From positions 119,104,001 through 119,168,000 of the forward strand of contig CM059431.1 of the NCBI GenBank assembly GCA_030390025.1: a stretch of 64,000 nucleotides of DNA. Direction: 5' to 3'. The notes under the pieces were generated by a model that made no database searches, was not told the origin of the DNA, and saw nothing but the letters and a program-made list of their open reading frames with translations. Numbering within the stretch: position 1 is the first letter of the stretch; each line of letters starts with the position of its first letter. This document shows positions 47,640 through 59,944 of the stretch, piece after piece. The position numbers and the translations under genes were made by a program. This DNA comes from Squalus acanthias. Taxonomy: Eukaryota.

Positions 47640-48972
47640 CCTCTCATGATGACCAAACATGTTCACTTTCCAGGAGGAGTCACTGAACAAGGGTGATATT
47701 TTCACTCTTTAGCAAGGGGTACTGAGGCTAGTTCTTGGACCCTACCACTGCCCATCTTGAGGACAATTAACCCATCACAGACCAGGAATCCTGGAGCCTT
47801 CTATCTACTCATCCATAATAACGGTTGTGGTGGCCACCCAACTCCCCAGTCAAGCTACCAGGACTATGAAGAGTGAAGCTACTTCACAATCGCTTCATTA
47901 TCCATATATCAGCGTTACGTGTTCGAACCCTTCTGTGCTTACTGCCAGCTACACAAATGTGCTTACTTCTTACTTCTCAGAAAGCCTAGCATATGTGAAT
48001 TAATTAGGAATTAACTGTGACACACTGATTTGCATGTCATCATTTAGTGCAAGCTGTGACAATTGTACTGCGCTTTATTTATATTTATAATAGATAACTG
48101 GCAGGACTCTGCCAACAATCAACATGCTGGAGACATCAAAGGAAACAAAAAAAAACACTGCATCAAGATTTTAATCATTTAGAAATATGGTTTAAAGACA
48201 GGTACACATACAGTGAACAAAAACAACTGACCCATGAATTTCCCAAGTAATTAGAACCCAAATGCAAGCTTTGCTAAAACGGCTTAGATTAGATAATTAG
48301 ACTTTTGTGGGTGGCAATACATGCAAATCGGTTCTGCATCTTTGGTGCAAGGTTTTGTCTGTTTCTCTGTGTGGGTGAACAAAATTGAATGCAAACGCTC
48401 AAAGACCATAATACGTGATGTCAAGCTCCCCATTCAAACTTTGTCTGCGTGGTATGTCAAATAATACAAGTTGTGACAGAATCTAAATATTAATAAAATT
48501 TATACTCTATCACCAGTGGAGCTTTCTACCTGTCCGCTCAGTAAACATTCGTTTTGTTCAGCCAAATTCGAACAATTATTCATTTTTTGGAGCTTAATGC
48601 AGAGGTAGGAGGGCATTATGTGACAGTAACACAATTACGTTGGATCAGTTGATGCCAAAAACTAAGAGGCGGTTGCCATTTCAACTCTCAGGCTGTGCTG
48701 CTGACACTGTGCAAGTATGATATATTAAATAAAGCAAGTTCTCAGTGGTTCAAGTTTAAAATTTCAGCCCTCAGAGCTTTTCTCAGGTACATGTGCTGTG
48801 AAACAGTCTGTTCGGCATATCAAAGCCATTTGTGGCAAATAAGTTAACCCTTGAGACACAATATAGAAATTCCAATGGTGCATCAGGACAAAACCCCTGC
48901 TCACCATTTGTGCTTCCCCCTAACCCCATCCCAAAGCCTGGGGATGAGGTCATCAACATATGGGGGCTGGGT

Positions 48973-51900
48973 TGAAGGGATAATTACAAGTCCTAGCCCT
49001 TTCGGACTACCCCAGATCAGGCGTATTCCCCAGATGTTCACCTTCAACTAATGTTAGCGGTATCCGGATCCCATAAGACGCTTAATTGGGTCTAAATGTC
49101 AGACTACCTCTCCCTAAAGGAAAGAAATGGTCTAAAGATGTTACCGTCCTCCGGATAGTACTTTTAATGAGTTTAACTAGACTGTAACCTTCCAGATATT
49201 AAGAGGGTCCGGAATACCCTCCAGAATTCTGCAACTCCTCTCTGAAGAGTGTACAGAAATTGAGTTTGCAAGATGATACAGAAATACTCTGTGAGACAAT
49301 TCTAAAAATATATAGATTTATCAAAGAACCGACATTTATGGCAATTGCAACTTTAACCGTTCAAAATACAAATAGCTTACATTTCTTATCAAAGATCCTT
49401 ATTCTCAAATCTTAACTTGGTTACATTTCCACACTTCTACTTATTTCTTAATCCAGAATATCCACCAAAATCAAATACCTTGATTACCCGAGACTCAATG
49501 TTAAAATCTTACAGAGCATGTCTGTGAAGTTGAGAAACGCTTGTCTTCCCAGCGACTTCTGCTTTTCTGTTTGAAAAGGTCTATGTTTTATACCTTTTTT
49601 TGGGTGGTTTATCCTTTGAAGTTTTCCTGATGATGTAAGCTAATTATTTCAAGTCATTCTTTGCTGACTTTGCTCTATTCTTTATTGTCATTTCAGCTGT
49701 CAGCTTTTAGACTTGTCTCCTGTTTAGGTGTTTCCAAAAAACCATCATAAAATGTTTAATATCGATTTATCTATTTGATGCCATTCTTAGGAAGTCTTTC
49801 TATTGAATTTCTAATACTACTTTAACTGGTTATTATCAGACGTTGTGACTCCTACATGTTCCAAGTTTAACACATAAACAATGTGATTGCTTGATGCATC
49901 CATTGAAGTAATATTTTCAAAGTCGTCTTGTTTGTGTACCTTTTACATTTGTAAATACTTCATCAAATGAGAGGGAGGAACTGAAAGAAATCAATATTTG
50001 TAGGGAAATAGTATTAGGGAAATTGACGGGATTGAAGGCCGATAAATCCCCAGGGCCTGATAATCTACATCCTAGGGTACTTAAGGAAGTGGCCCTAGAA
50101 ATAGTAGATGCATTGCTGGTCATCTTTCAAAATTCTATAGACTCTGGAACAGTACCCATGGATTGGCGGGTAGCTAATGTTACCCCACTATTCAAAAAAG
50201 GTGGTAGAGAGAAAGCGAGGAATTATAGACCGGTAAGCCTGACATCGGTAGTGGGGAAAATGCTAGAGTCCATTATAAAAGATGTAATAGCAGAGCACTT
50301 GGAAAACAGTGACAGGATCGGACAAAGTCAACATGGATTTACAAAAGGTAAATCATGCTTGACTAATCTACTGGAATTTTTTGAGGATCTAACTGGTAAA
50401 ATAGATAAGGGAGAACCAGTGGATGTGGTGTATTTGGACTTTCAGAAGGCTTTCGATAAGGTCCCGCATAAGAGATTAGCGTGTAAAGTTAAGGCACATG
50501 GGATTGGGGGCAAGGTATTGACTTGGATAGAGAACTGGTTGGCAGACAGAAAGCAAAGAGTTGGAATAAATGGGTCTTTTTCCAAGTGGCAGGCAGTGAC
50601 TAGTGGGGTACCGCAGGGATCGGTCCTAGGACCCCAGCTATTCACAATATATATTAATGATCTAGATGAGGGAATTGGATGTAATATCTCCAAGTTTGCA
50701 GATGACACAAAGCTGGGTGGGAGTGTGTGCCATGAGGAGGATGCCGAGAAACTCCAGTATGATTTGGACAGGTTGGGTGATTGGGCAGAAGCATGGCAGA
50801 TGCAATATAATGTGGATAAATGCGAGGTTATCCACTTTGGTGTCAAAAACAGGAAGGCAGATTATTATCTGAATGGCAATAGATTGGGAGAAGGGGAAGT
50901 GCAACGAGACCTGGGTGTCCTTGTGCACCAGTCGCTGAAGGTAAGCATGCAGGTGCAGCAGGCGGTTAAGAAGGCAAATGATATGTTGGCCTTCGTAACG
51001 AAAGGGTTCGAGTACAGGAACAAGGATGTCTTGCTGCAGTTTTGCAGGGCCTTGGTGAGACCACATCGTGAGTATTGTGTGCAGTTTTGGTCACCTTATC
51101 TGAGCAAGGATGTTCTTGCCATGGAGGGAGTGCAGCGAAGATTCACCAGGCTGATACCTGGGATGGCAGGAATGACGTATGAGGAGAGATTGGGTCGATT
51201 GGGCTTATACTCGCTGGAGTTTAGAAGAATGAGAGGGGATCTAATTGAAACTTATAAAATTCTAACAGGACTAGACTGACTAGATGCAGGAAGGATGTTC
51301 CCGATGGCCAGAGAGTCCAGAACCAGGGGTCACAGTCTAAGGATAAGGGGTAAGCCATTTAGGACTGAGATGAGGAGGAATTTCTTCACCCAGAGAGTGG
51401 TGAACCTGTGGAATTCTCTACCACAGAAGGCAGTAGAGGCCAATTCATTAAATATATTCAAGAAGGAGTTAGATATATTTCTTAAAGCTAAACGGATCAA
51501 GGGATATGGGGAGAAGGCAGGGACAGGGTACTGAATTTGGATGATCAGCTATGATCTCATTGAATGGCGGAGCAGGCTCGAGGGGCTGAATGACCTGCTC
51601 CTGCTCCTATCTTCTATGTTTCTATGTTTCTATCTAGGGTGTTCCATACATTTCTTATTTACTTCAATTGGTTTTTATCAGACCTCGGGACTCCATATTT
51701 CAAGCTTAACATTTAAACTATTTGTTCAGCAGGCGTTTCTTTTACTTGATGTCATTTCTTCAAAGCCTTCTGTAGGTATCATATTTACAACATGTAAATT
51801 GAAAACTCTTTAACTCAGTGTTTACTTGTTTTCTAGCTATCTCAATTGGTTGCATATTTTATTATGTTTCCTGTCTTATTTGATGTTATATTATGAAGGC

Positions 51901-52249
51901 TTATGGTTGTTTAATATTCTAAGTTTCTGTTTGCATCAGTGTTAGCTTTTGACACTTTAAACTGGGTGATTCCATTGTGTTGGTTCCAATGTTCAGACAT
52001 AAAGGAACCTTCAATGGTTTGCTTCAATAGGGCATTGTTTTAGTTTTTTTAACTAATTCCCATTTCAAAGCTTGTGGTGTTTTACAACTTTGTTTAACAA
52101 CTGATCTTATCTCTGAAGCCTATATTTCTGCCTGCAGCCTTGTCTGCTAAGGCTTATGTCTTTTAAACCCTTTTATGTCATTTATTAATAATTTCATAAA
52201 TCTGTTCATAGTATCGTGTATTTTTCTGAATCCTGGCTATTCCTTCACA
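48973..52249 (-). mobile_element. Solo LTR (about 1.6 kb net) interrupted by a CR1
   Basis: Minus-strand termini TGTGAAGGAATA...ATCCCTTCA; TSD GGGT (48969-48972 / 52250-52253); 3' ~400 bp homologous to 53465-53880. Confidence 0.85.
49966..51633 (+). mobile_element. 5'-truncated CR1 with a near-intact RT domain
   Basis: 418-aa ORF at 50023-51279 (YLDFQKAFDKV, GVPQGSVLGP, FADDTK); a single premature stop at 51277, frame continues to 51534; (CTATGTTT)n tail. Confidence 0.93.
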
Positions 52250-52586
52250 GGGTGCCAACCCATTATACCTAGTGGAATCTTGGAGCAGCACGCTGTTGCT
52301 TGGAGAGGGGATCCACAAAACATCGGGCTGAAGAATTAAAAGGCTGCCAAATCACTCATCGAGTTTCCCACATTGCTTGGTCTACATCTTAGATTTACTA
52401 CTCCTCAATCTTTCTCGGCTCCACTTACAATAAGCTAGCTGACTGAGAAATGCTCTGTGTGGGGCCCCAGTTACAGCCCACAATCTCACCTATGCTTGCT
52501 CTCTGCAGACATGTACCACTGGTATTATTAGAGGAACCTCTGGTAGGAACCTCAGCGATGCCTGGAAGCACTCTCAGACACACTGA

Positions 52587-54150
52587 AAAGAAAGACTTAC
52601 ATTTATATAGCGCCTTTCACAACCTCACGACGTCCAAAAGCACTTTACAGCCAATGAAGTACTTTTGAAGTGTAGTCACTGTTGTCATGTAGGAAACGCG
52701 ACAGCCAATTTGCACACACCAAGCTTCCACTGTGAAGGAATAAGCCATATAACCTATTCAGAAAACTACACTGTCTTATGAAAGAATTCTGGCCTTATTA
52801 AAACATGACAAACTGGGTTTGGAAATTTGGAAATTTAGAAACCTAACTATGAAATAGCTATGGAAACATTCTGGCTATTGAGATAAGACAGTTGTTGACC
52901 CTGAATAAATAACCTTATTGAAACAGAAGGTGAAGGGCTGTGACAGGCTGACCTTTTGGGAAAAAAACAATGCTTCACCCTGGATAAGGTGTTCTAATTT
53001 ACACTTCGTAAAGAAGCACATAAGATAAGGAACATCTGCCCTCGTAAAGATGAAATAAAGTAAGGAACCCCTGCCGTCACACCGTTTTTATATGGTAAAC
53101 TTAGAGCACCTAGAGATGAGACAAGTTTCTGGCTGAGGTGGCAGTAAAAGTTGAAGAGGTCGGCAGAAAAATGACTAGAAATAATTAGCTTGTATCAGCA
53201 GAAAACCTTAAAGGAAATACCACTGGAAAAGAGTATAAATATTGAACTCTCAAATGGGATAACAGACTCGTTTTAATCGGGCAAAGTGATTCTCGGTCTC
53301 AGAGGCGGCTCTGCAGTCTCCAACTCTTTGTACCTCGGGGATCAAAGGTATTTGATATTGATGGATATCCTGAATAGAAACCTTTAAGAACTGTAATACT
53401 GTAGCGAAGTTAAGATTTAAAAGTAAGATTCTCTGTTAATAATAAGATAGAATTTTTTCTCTTTTTAGAACGGTTAATGTTGCGATTGACTGATTCACCA
53501 ACTGTAAATTGCATGTCGGTTCTTTAATAAATCTATATATCTTTAGAATTGTCTCACATAAGACTTCTGTATCAAAAACTCGCAAACTCAATCTCTGTAC
53601 ACTCTTTGGTGAGGAGTTGCAGAATTCTGAGGGAGTTTTCTGGACCCTCATAATATTCGGAACGTTACAGTCTAGCTAAACTTATTAAAAGCGCTATCTG
53701 GAGGATGGTAACATTCTCGGGTTATTCCTTTCCTTTAGGGAGAGATAGCCCAGACCTTTAGACCCAATTAAGCATCTTTAGGATTCGGCTACCTCAAACT
53801 TTAGTTGAAAGTGAACGTCTGAGAAATACGCCTGATTCGGGGTAGCCCTAAATGGGCTAGGACTAGTAAATATCCCTTCACCACAAACAGCAATGTGATA
53901 ATGACCAGGTAATCTGTTTTAAGATGTTGATTGAGGGATAAATATTGGCCAGGACACTGGGGATATCTCCCCTACTCTTCTTCCAAATAATGTCATGGGA
54001 TCTTTTACGTCCACATCAGAAAGCAGATGGGGCCTTGGTTTAATGTCTCATCCGAAAGATACCACCTCCGACAGCACTGCACTGGAGTGTCAGCCTAGAT
54101 TTTTGTGCTCAAGTCTCTGGAGTGGGACTTGAACCCACAACCTTCTGATG
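52587..54150 (-). mobile_element. DeuSINE split by a solo LTR
   Basis: Tail at 52587-52730; core and B box at 53881-54150; colinear with 4906-5368. Confidence 0.85.
52731..53880 (+). mobile_element. Solo LTR, 1150 bp
   Basis: TGTGAAGGAATA...ATCCCTTCA; TSD CCAC (52727-52730 / 53881-53884); TATAAAT at 53234; AATAAA at 53526. Confidence 0.88.
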
Positions 54151-54991
54151 TCATATAGTGGGGGTGAGCAGAAGAAGCGCATTCCCCTGCCCCCAGGTAT
54201 GGTTTGCTGTGACTCCTGTCGAGGAACAGAAACCTAGTGGATACAGATTCTGCCTCAAATTCCATACCTCCGCCTACTCCAAAAGGGATGAGAATTTCTG
54301 GGCTCACATCTTACAAGAAGTAAAAGAGCATGGCTAGATTTCAAGGGAACTTTCATGTAAAAGTATGTACAAGGCATAGTAAAGACCAATCCCGAAATAA
54401 TTCTTTGCTTATGTCCTTTGGGGATGGAAGAGAATTTAGTCTTGATTTTAACCCTGTTTGTCTGGTAGGAATTGTGGGGGTGGGGTGGGGGGGGCAGATG
54501 TTTAAAATATTAGTCAGGTGTTTCTCACTGCGTTCCTGACACATTCATGCCCACCGCCATTTTATGCCCACCAATTCCAATCGCAACCACAGGCAAGTGG
54601 GGCCTCATCAGTATTTTAATGCAGGGGACTGATGATATTATCCAGACCCCGATGCAATTTTAAGAGCCAATCGTGGCAGTGCAGTCCAGTGCCGTAACCA
54701 CCAATATATCCTAGTGTCAGGCAAGGTTGGTTCCAGAAGAGGCCTGGGTAAGTTTCAATTTTTTTTTAAGGTTTCCTTATAAGCCAGGAGCAGTAGAAGT
54801 GCTCCTCCACAAGGAAGCCTGGGCTTCCCCATCCCCAGGTTTCCCTCCCTTCCCTCCCCTTTGACCTCTATCACCTCCGGATCCCACCCCTTCACCAGTC
54901 ACATTATGCCAGGGACCATTACCTCGGATCCCCAACGGCGTCCTCCTGCTGTGTGAAATCCTGCTCTTGCCCACTGGCCACCTCGCCATTC

Positions 54992-55290
54992 TGCCTGCCC
55001 TCTCAGGTGGACGTAAAAGATCCTGTGGCACTATTTTGAAGAAGAGCAGGGAAGAAGGCCTGGTGTCCTGCCAAAGTTTATCCCTCAGGTAACATCACTA
55101 AAAGAGATTATCTGGTCATCATCACAATTCTGTTTGTGGGAGCTTGCTGTGTGCAAATTGTCTGCCATGTTTCGTACATTACAAAAGTGAAAACACTTCA
55201 AAAGTACATAATTGGCTGTAAACACGTTGGAATGTCCTGAGGTTGTAAAAGGTGCTATATAAATGCAAGTCTTTCTTTCAAGTCTTTCTT
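54992..55290 (+). mobile_element. 5'-truncated DeuSINE
   Basis: CTGCCCTCTCAGGTGGACGTAAAAGATCC...GCTATATAAATGCAAGTCTTTCTT. Confidence 0.82.
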
Positions 55291-55954
55291 GTTCAAATTT
55301 ATTAGCAAGAATGACAATTGGCCTGAGTGACTGACCTGAGTGAATTCATGTAGGTACCACATATATGTAGGAGTAATTGTGTGAGTGAGCCTCCAGTGTC
55401 CCTACCAGTATTTAGTCAGTGGCTATACCTATTCTTAGTCAGTACAATAAATAAAAGCTGGTACCAGTTATTGACTATAAAACCCATGATTTTTAGCATT
55501 AAAATCTGGTTTTAAGGAAACAATTAGTTGCATTTCAATATAATGTTATTGACACTGAACATTCTTGAATCATCCTGGTGCTGCAGTGTTATTTTAATCT
55601 CATTGTAGAAGAGTTATTTTGGTGAAAGCCATATTTCTACCTTAATTGCTGCAAACTCATATTGAATTAAATGGCAATTATGAATTTGTGAGCAGTGATT
55701 AAAATGCCAATGAAACCACTAATTAAGTGGCAGTTCTGTTTAAAATAAGCCAATCTGCCATTTCCCTTTTCTTTTGGATGTGCTAAACATGTGCAGTATA
55801 ATACACATTGAGGTAATGTCCCATTCTGCTGCTGAAATGATTAGTCACAGATATGCCATACTTTGTTGCATATAAAACTGTTATGATTTACAGAACTTTG
55901 GGATTCACAATGCTGCAATGACATTTAGATTTGTAATTCTAATTTTTATATAAG

Positions 55955-56100
55955 TAAAATATTGCGTTTGTTGGAAATCTGAAATGAAAACATAAAATAT
56001 GTCCTGATGAAGGGTCATCGGCCTGAAACATTCACTCTGTTTCTCTCTCCACAGATGCTGCCTGACCTGCTGAGTATTTCCAGCATTTTCTGTTTTTATT
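55955..56100 (+). mobile_element. PLE family-1 fragment with an inverted 5' piece and a decayed hammerhead
   Basis: CTGATGAAGGGTCATCGGCCTGAAACATT at 56004-56032; 55955-56000 is the reverse of downstream pLTR sequence. Confidence 0.7.
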
Positions 56101-58305
56101 TTATAATTTTAATATTTTATAGTTTGCTCGAACACCATCAAATGCAAAATAATCTATCAAACACCTTTACTGAATTCAAATAAAATCCAGCAATTGATAT
56201 AGAAAAAGACAGTTGCATGCTTTGAATGAGATCTTTATCCTCCAAAAAGTTGTTCATTCTCTTTCAGATGCTGATTGATCTGCTGTCAATTCCAATATTT
56301 TCAGTTTTTATTTCAGATTGCTAGCATTTGCTGCTTTTTCTTTTTCTCATCCATGAATTACCTGGCACGCCACCTTGTAGATATTTGCAGTAAGAAAATG
56401 AGAGTGCTTCGTGTACAGGCACAGCAGCTGTGCCAGATCACAACAGAAACCGGAACAAAATTACCAATGAACTATACTGTTGATTATCAGTTTTATAAAA
56501 CACTAATGCCCAGCTGTGGGAGGAGGAATCACTAAAGGATCAATCTCAGGGTCAGTTTCTGAGCAGAATCGACATCAAAGTGTCAGCCGAGGCTAGCTCA
56601 ACAATCCTGCCAGGCTGAACATCCGGTGATACCAAAAGAAATTTCAGCTGTGGAACAGAGTAGTGTTCTGAGACAAGCGTAGTCAGCAGATTGACAATAG
56701 CGACAATGTCCCCCAAATTTTGGGGGTTTCACTCTGTCGGCAGAGGTGCAGCGGAGCTGAACCCCCTCCTCCTGCCTGCCCTAGGCCTAAGTGGGAGACC
56801 CTGTCCCAAATCCTGGGAAAGGGGCCACTTGCATGGTCAGGGCAGATGCATCATACCTGCAAGGATGCATCAATGGCATCCACCCCAAACTGCAAGAGGG
56901 AATTTGGTAATGGCTTCAAAGACACAGTGAGGCTCCAGAGAAAATCCACTTCTTTGGATCTTCAGCTCCCAATGAAGCAAATAGGACTTTCTGGGAAGGT
57001 AATTGACCCTCTCTGGAATTGATTGCCTTCACCCTGTAAAGGTTTGGGGCCTTTCTAAAGGTCTCAACAGAAGTTGGCTGAGGCCTACGAAGGGGGTAAA
57101 GAGCATAATTTCCTGGGGTAGCCTAGCAACTTTCCCAGACATGCCCACGGCCTCGCCCCAGACCAGAATTTAAACGATCAGTCTAACCAGTGGAATAAGG
57201 TTCTGCTCCATATTCCTGGCTTCAAGGGTGGAAATCAGGCGTTTCACTCCCTGAGATCCCAGGAATTTCAGAGCCATCCTTTTCAACCAGCAGTGCCTAC
57301 TGTAATGCGAAGATGTAATGTTCCATTGCATTTGATGTCAAGCAGGCTGCAAGGCATTAAAAATGTTTTTGGTCTCCTGGTTCTCAAGGGCATTCCCAGT
57401 CTTCTAATGTCTCAAGATGCACAGTAGGAAAACAGTTGCAGACAACTCCTGACACAGATGACTTAAGTGTCCCTTCAGTAAGGGAAAACCAAATATTTTG
57501 ATACTGTGAGATTTCTACAACTGAAATGACATCCTTATAGTTTACTCTTTTTTCTGAGTACGCTATGCCTCTTATATAAGAACATAAGAAATAGGACCAG
57601 GAGTAGGCTATTTGGCCCTTCAAGCCTGGTCCACCATTCAATAAGATCTTCTACCTCATCTCCACTTTCCTGCCCTATCCCCATATCCCTTGATTCCCTT
57701 AATATTCAAAAATCTATCGATCTCTGTCTTGAACATACTCAACGACTGAGCCTCCACAGCCCTCTGGGGTAGAGAATTCCAAAGATTCACCACCATCTGT
57801 GTGAAGAAATTTCTCCTCATCTCAGTCCTAAATGGCCGACCCCTTATTCTGAGAATGTGATCCCTGGTTCTAGACTCCCCAGCCAGGGGAAACATCCTCC
57901 CTGCATCTACCCTGTCAAGCCCTGTAAGAATTTTGTATGTTTCAATGAGATCACCTCTCATTCTTCTAAACTCTAGAGAATATAGGCCTAGTCTACTCAA
58001 TCTGCCCTCATAGGACAATCCCCCCATCCCAGGAACCAGCCTGGTGAACCTTCGCTGCACTCCTTCTATGACAAGTATATCCTTCATTACGTAAGGAGAC
58101 CAAAACTGCACACAATACTCCAGGTGTGGTCTCACCAGGGCCCTATATAATTGCAGTAAGACGTCTTTACTCTTATACTCAAATCCTCTTGTAATAAAGG
58201 CCAGCATACCATTTGCTTTCCTAATTGCTGGCTCTACCTGCATGTTAACTTTCAATGATTCGTGAACAAGGACACCCATGTCCCTCTGAACACCAACATT
58301 TCCCA

Positions 58306-58952
58306 GAGGTCTTTCCTACATTGGGGAGATCAAACGCAGATTTGGAGACCGTTTTTGCAGAACACCTCTGTTCAGTCTGTAACGGTGACCCCGAGTTTCC
58401 AGTCGCCTGTCACTTTAATTCTCCGCTCCACTCCCACTCTGACCTCTCTGTCCTCGGCCTCTTACACTGTTTCAGTGAAGCTTAACGTAAGCTCGAGGAA
58501 CAGCACCTCATCTTTCGATTAAGCACTTTACAGCCTGCTGGACTTCAACATCGAGTTCAACAATTTCAGACCATAACCTCTGCCCCTATCATTTTTTTAT
58601 TTTTTCCCTCTCTCTCTCACATGGCAGCTGTCAATCATTCTGCCATCACCATTTACACTTCATCCAGAGCCATCTTTTGTTTCTTAACTTGTCCCATTAC
58701 CATCTCCTTTTGCCTTGCACCATCATCCCTTTTGTCTCTTAATCTCCCCTGACTTCCATCCTATCACAGACCTTCCCTTTTGTTCTTTCCTCCCCTCCCC
58801 CCTTTCCCTGCCCCTACACTTGCTTAAAAACCTGTTCCATCTCCAGCTTTTTCCAGTTCTGATGAAGGGTCATCGACCTGAAACGTTAACTTTGTTTCTC
58901 TCTCCACAGATGCTGCCTGACCTGCTGAGTATTTCCAGCATTTTATGTTTTT
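58306..58952 (+). mobile_element. PLE 3' fragment: GIY-YIG endonuclease C-terminus plus pLTR
   Basis: YIGEIKRRFGDR / FAEHL..V...PVACHFNS..HS..DL...RKLEEQHLIFRLSTLQP.G / NIEFNNF; TSD ATTTCCCA (58298-58305 / 58953-58960). Confidence 0.88.
58855..58891 (+). ncRNA. Minimal type-I hammerhead ribozyme (PLE-associated)
   Basis: AGTT-CTGATGA-A-GGGTC-ATC-GACCT-GAAA-CGTT-AACT. Confidence 0.7.
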
Positions 58953-59944
58953 ATTTCCCAATCTTTCACCATTTAAAAAATACTCTGCTTTTCTATTTTT
59001 CCTAACAAAGTGGATAACTTCACATTTCTCCCCATTATGTTCCATTTGCCGTGTTCTTGCCCACTCACTTAGCCTGCTTATATCCTCTTGAAGCCTCCTT
59101 GCATCCTCCTCACAACTTACATTCCCACCCAGCTTTGCATCATCAGCAAACTTGGATATTTTACATTTGGTCCCCTCATCCAAATCATTGATGTAGATTG
59201 TGAATAGCTGAGGCCCAAGCACTGATCCTTGTGGTACCCCACTAGTTACAGCCTGCCAACTCGAAAATGACCCGTTTATTCCTACTCTCTGTTTTCTCTC
59301 CGTGAACCAATCCTCAATCCATGCTAATATATTACCCCCAATCCCATGAGCCCTAATTTTGTTTAATAACCTCTTGAGTGGCACCTATAGAATGCCTTCT
59401 GAAAATCCAAATACACCACATCCACTGGCTCCCCCTTATCTATTCTGCTAGTTACAACCTCAAAAAATTCTAACAGATTTTTCGAACACGATTTCCCTTT
59501 CATAAATCTGTGTTGACTCTGCCCAATCCTATTATTATTTTCTAAGTGCCCTGTTACCACGTCCTTAATAATAGATTCTAGCAGTTTCCCTACTACTGAT
59601 GTCAGGCTAACTGGTCTGTAGATCCCCATTTTCTCTCTCTCTCCTTTCTTAAATAGTGGGATTACATTTGCTACCTTCCAATCTGCAGGAACCATTCTAG
59701 AATCTATGGAATTTTGGAAAATGACATCCAATGCACCTACTCTCTCTCTAGCCAACTCTTTTAAAACCCTAGGATGTAGGCCATCAGGTCCATGTGATTT
59801 ATCGGCATTCAGTCCCATTAATTTCTCCAGCACTACTTTTTTACTAATACTAATTTCTTTCAGTTCCTCATTCTCGCTAGACCCTTGGTTCTCCATTATT
59901 TCTGGGAGGTTTTTTGCGTCTTCTTCCATGAAGACAGACACAAA

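Larger units (their letters stand above)
47150..47810 (-). mobile_element. Old SINE (second family) interrupted by a PLE insertion
   Basis: Colinear with 28120-28530 on both sides of 47294-47639. Confidence 0.5.

Noticed and set aside
48973..53880. Full-length provirus with RT between two LTRs
   Set aside because: The LTRs are inverted, each has its own TSD, and the RT is CR1-type with a CR1 tail.
54475..54495. G-quadruplex-like G runs (also the C-rich tract at 46630-46680)
   Set aside because: These lie within decayed MITE-like sequence and nothing indicates function.
56362..56427. 66-nt AG..GT-bounded segment on the minus strand, open in all three frames
   Set aside because: No recognisable peptide; such short candidates are common by chance.
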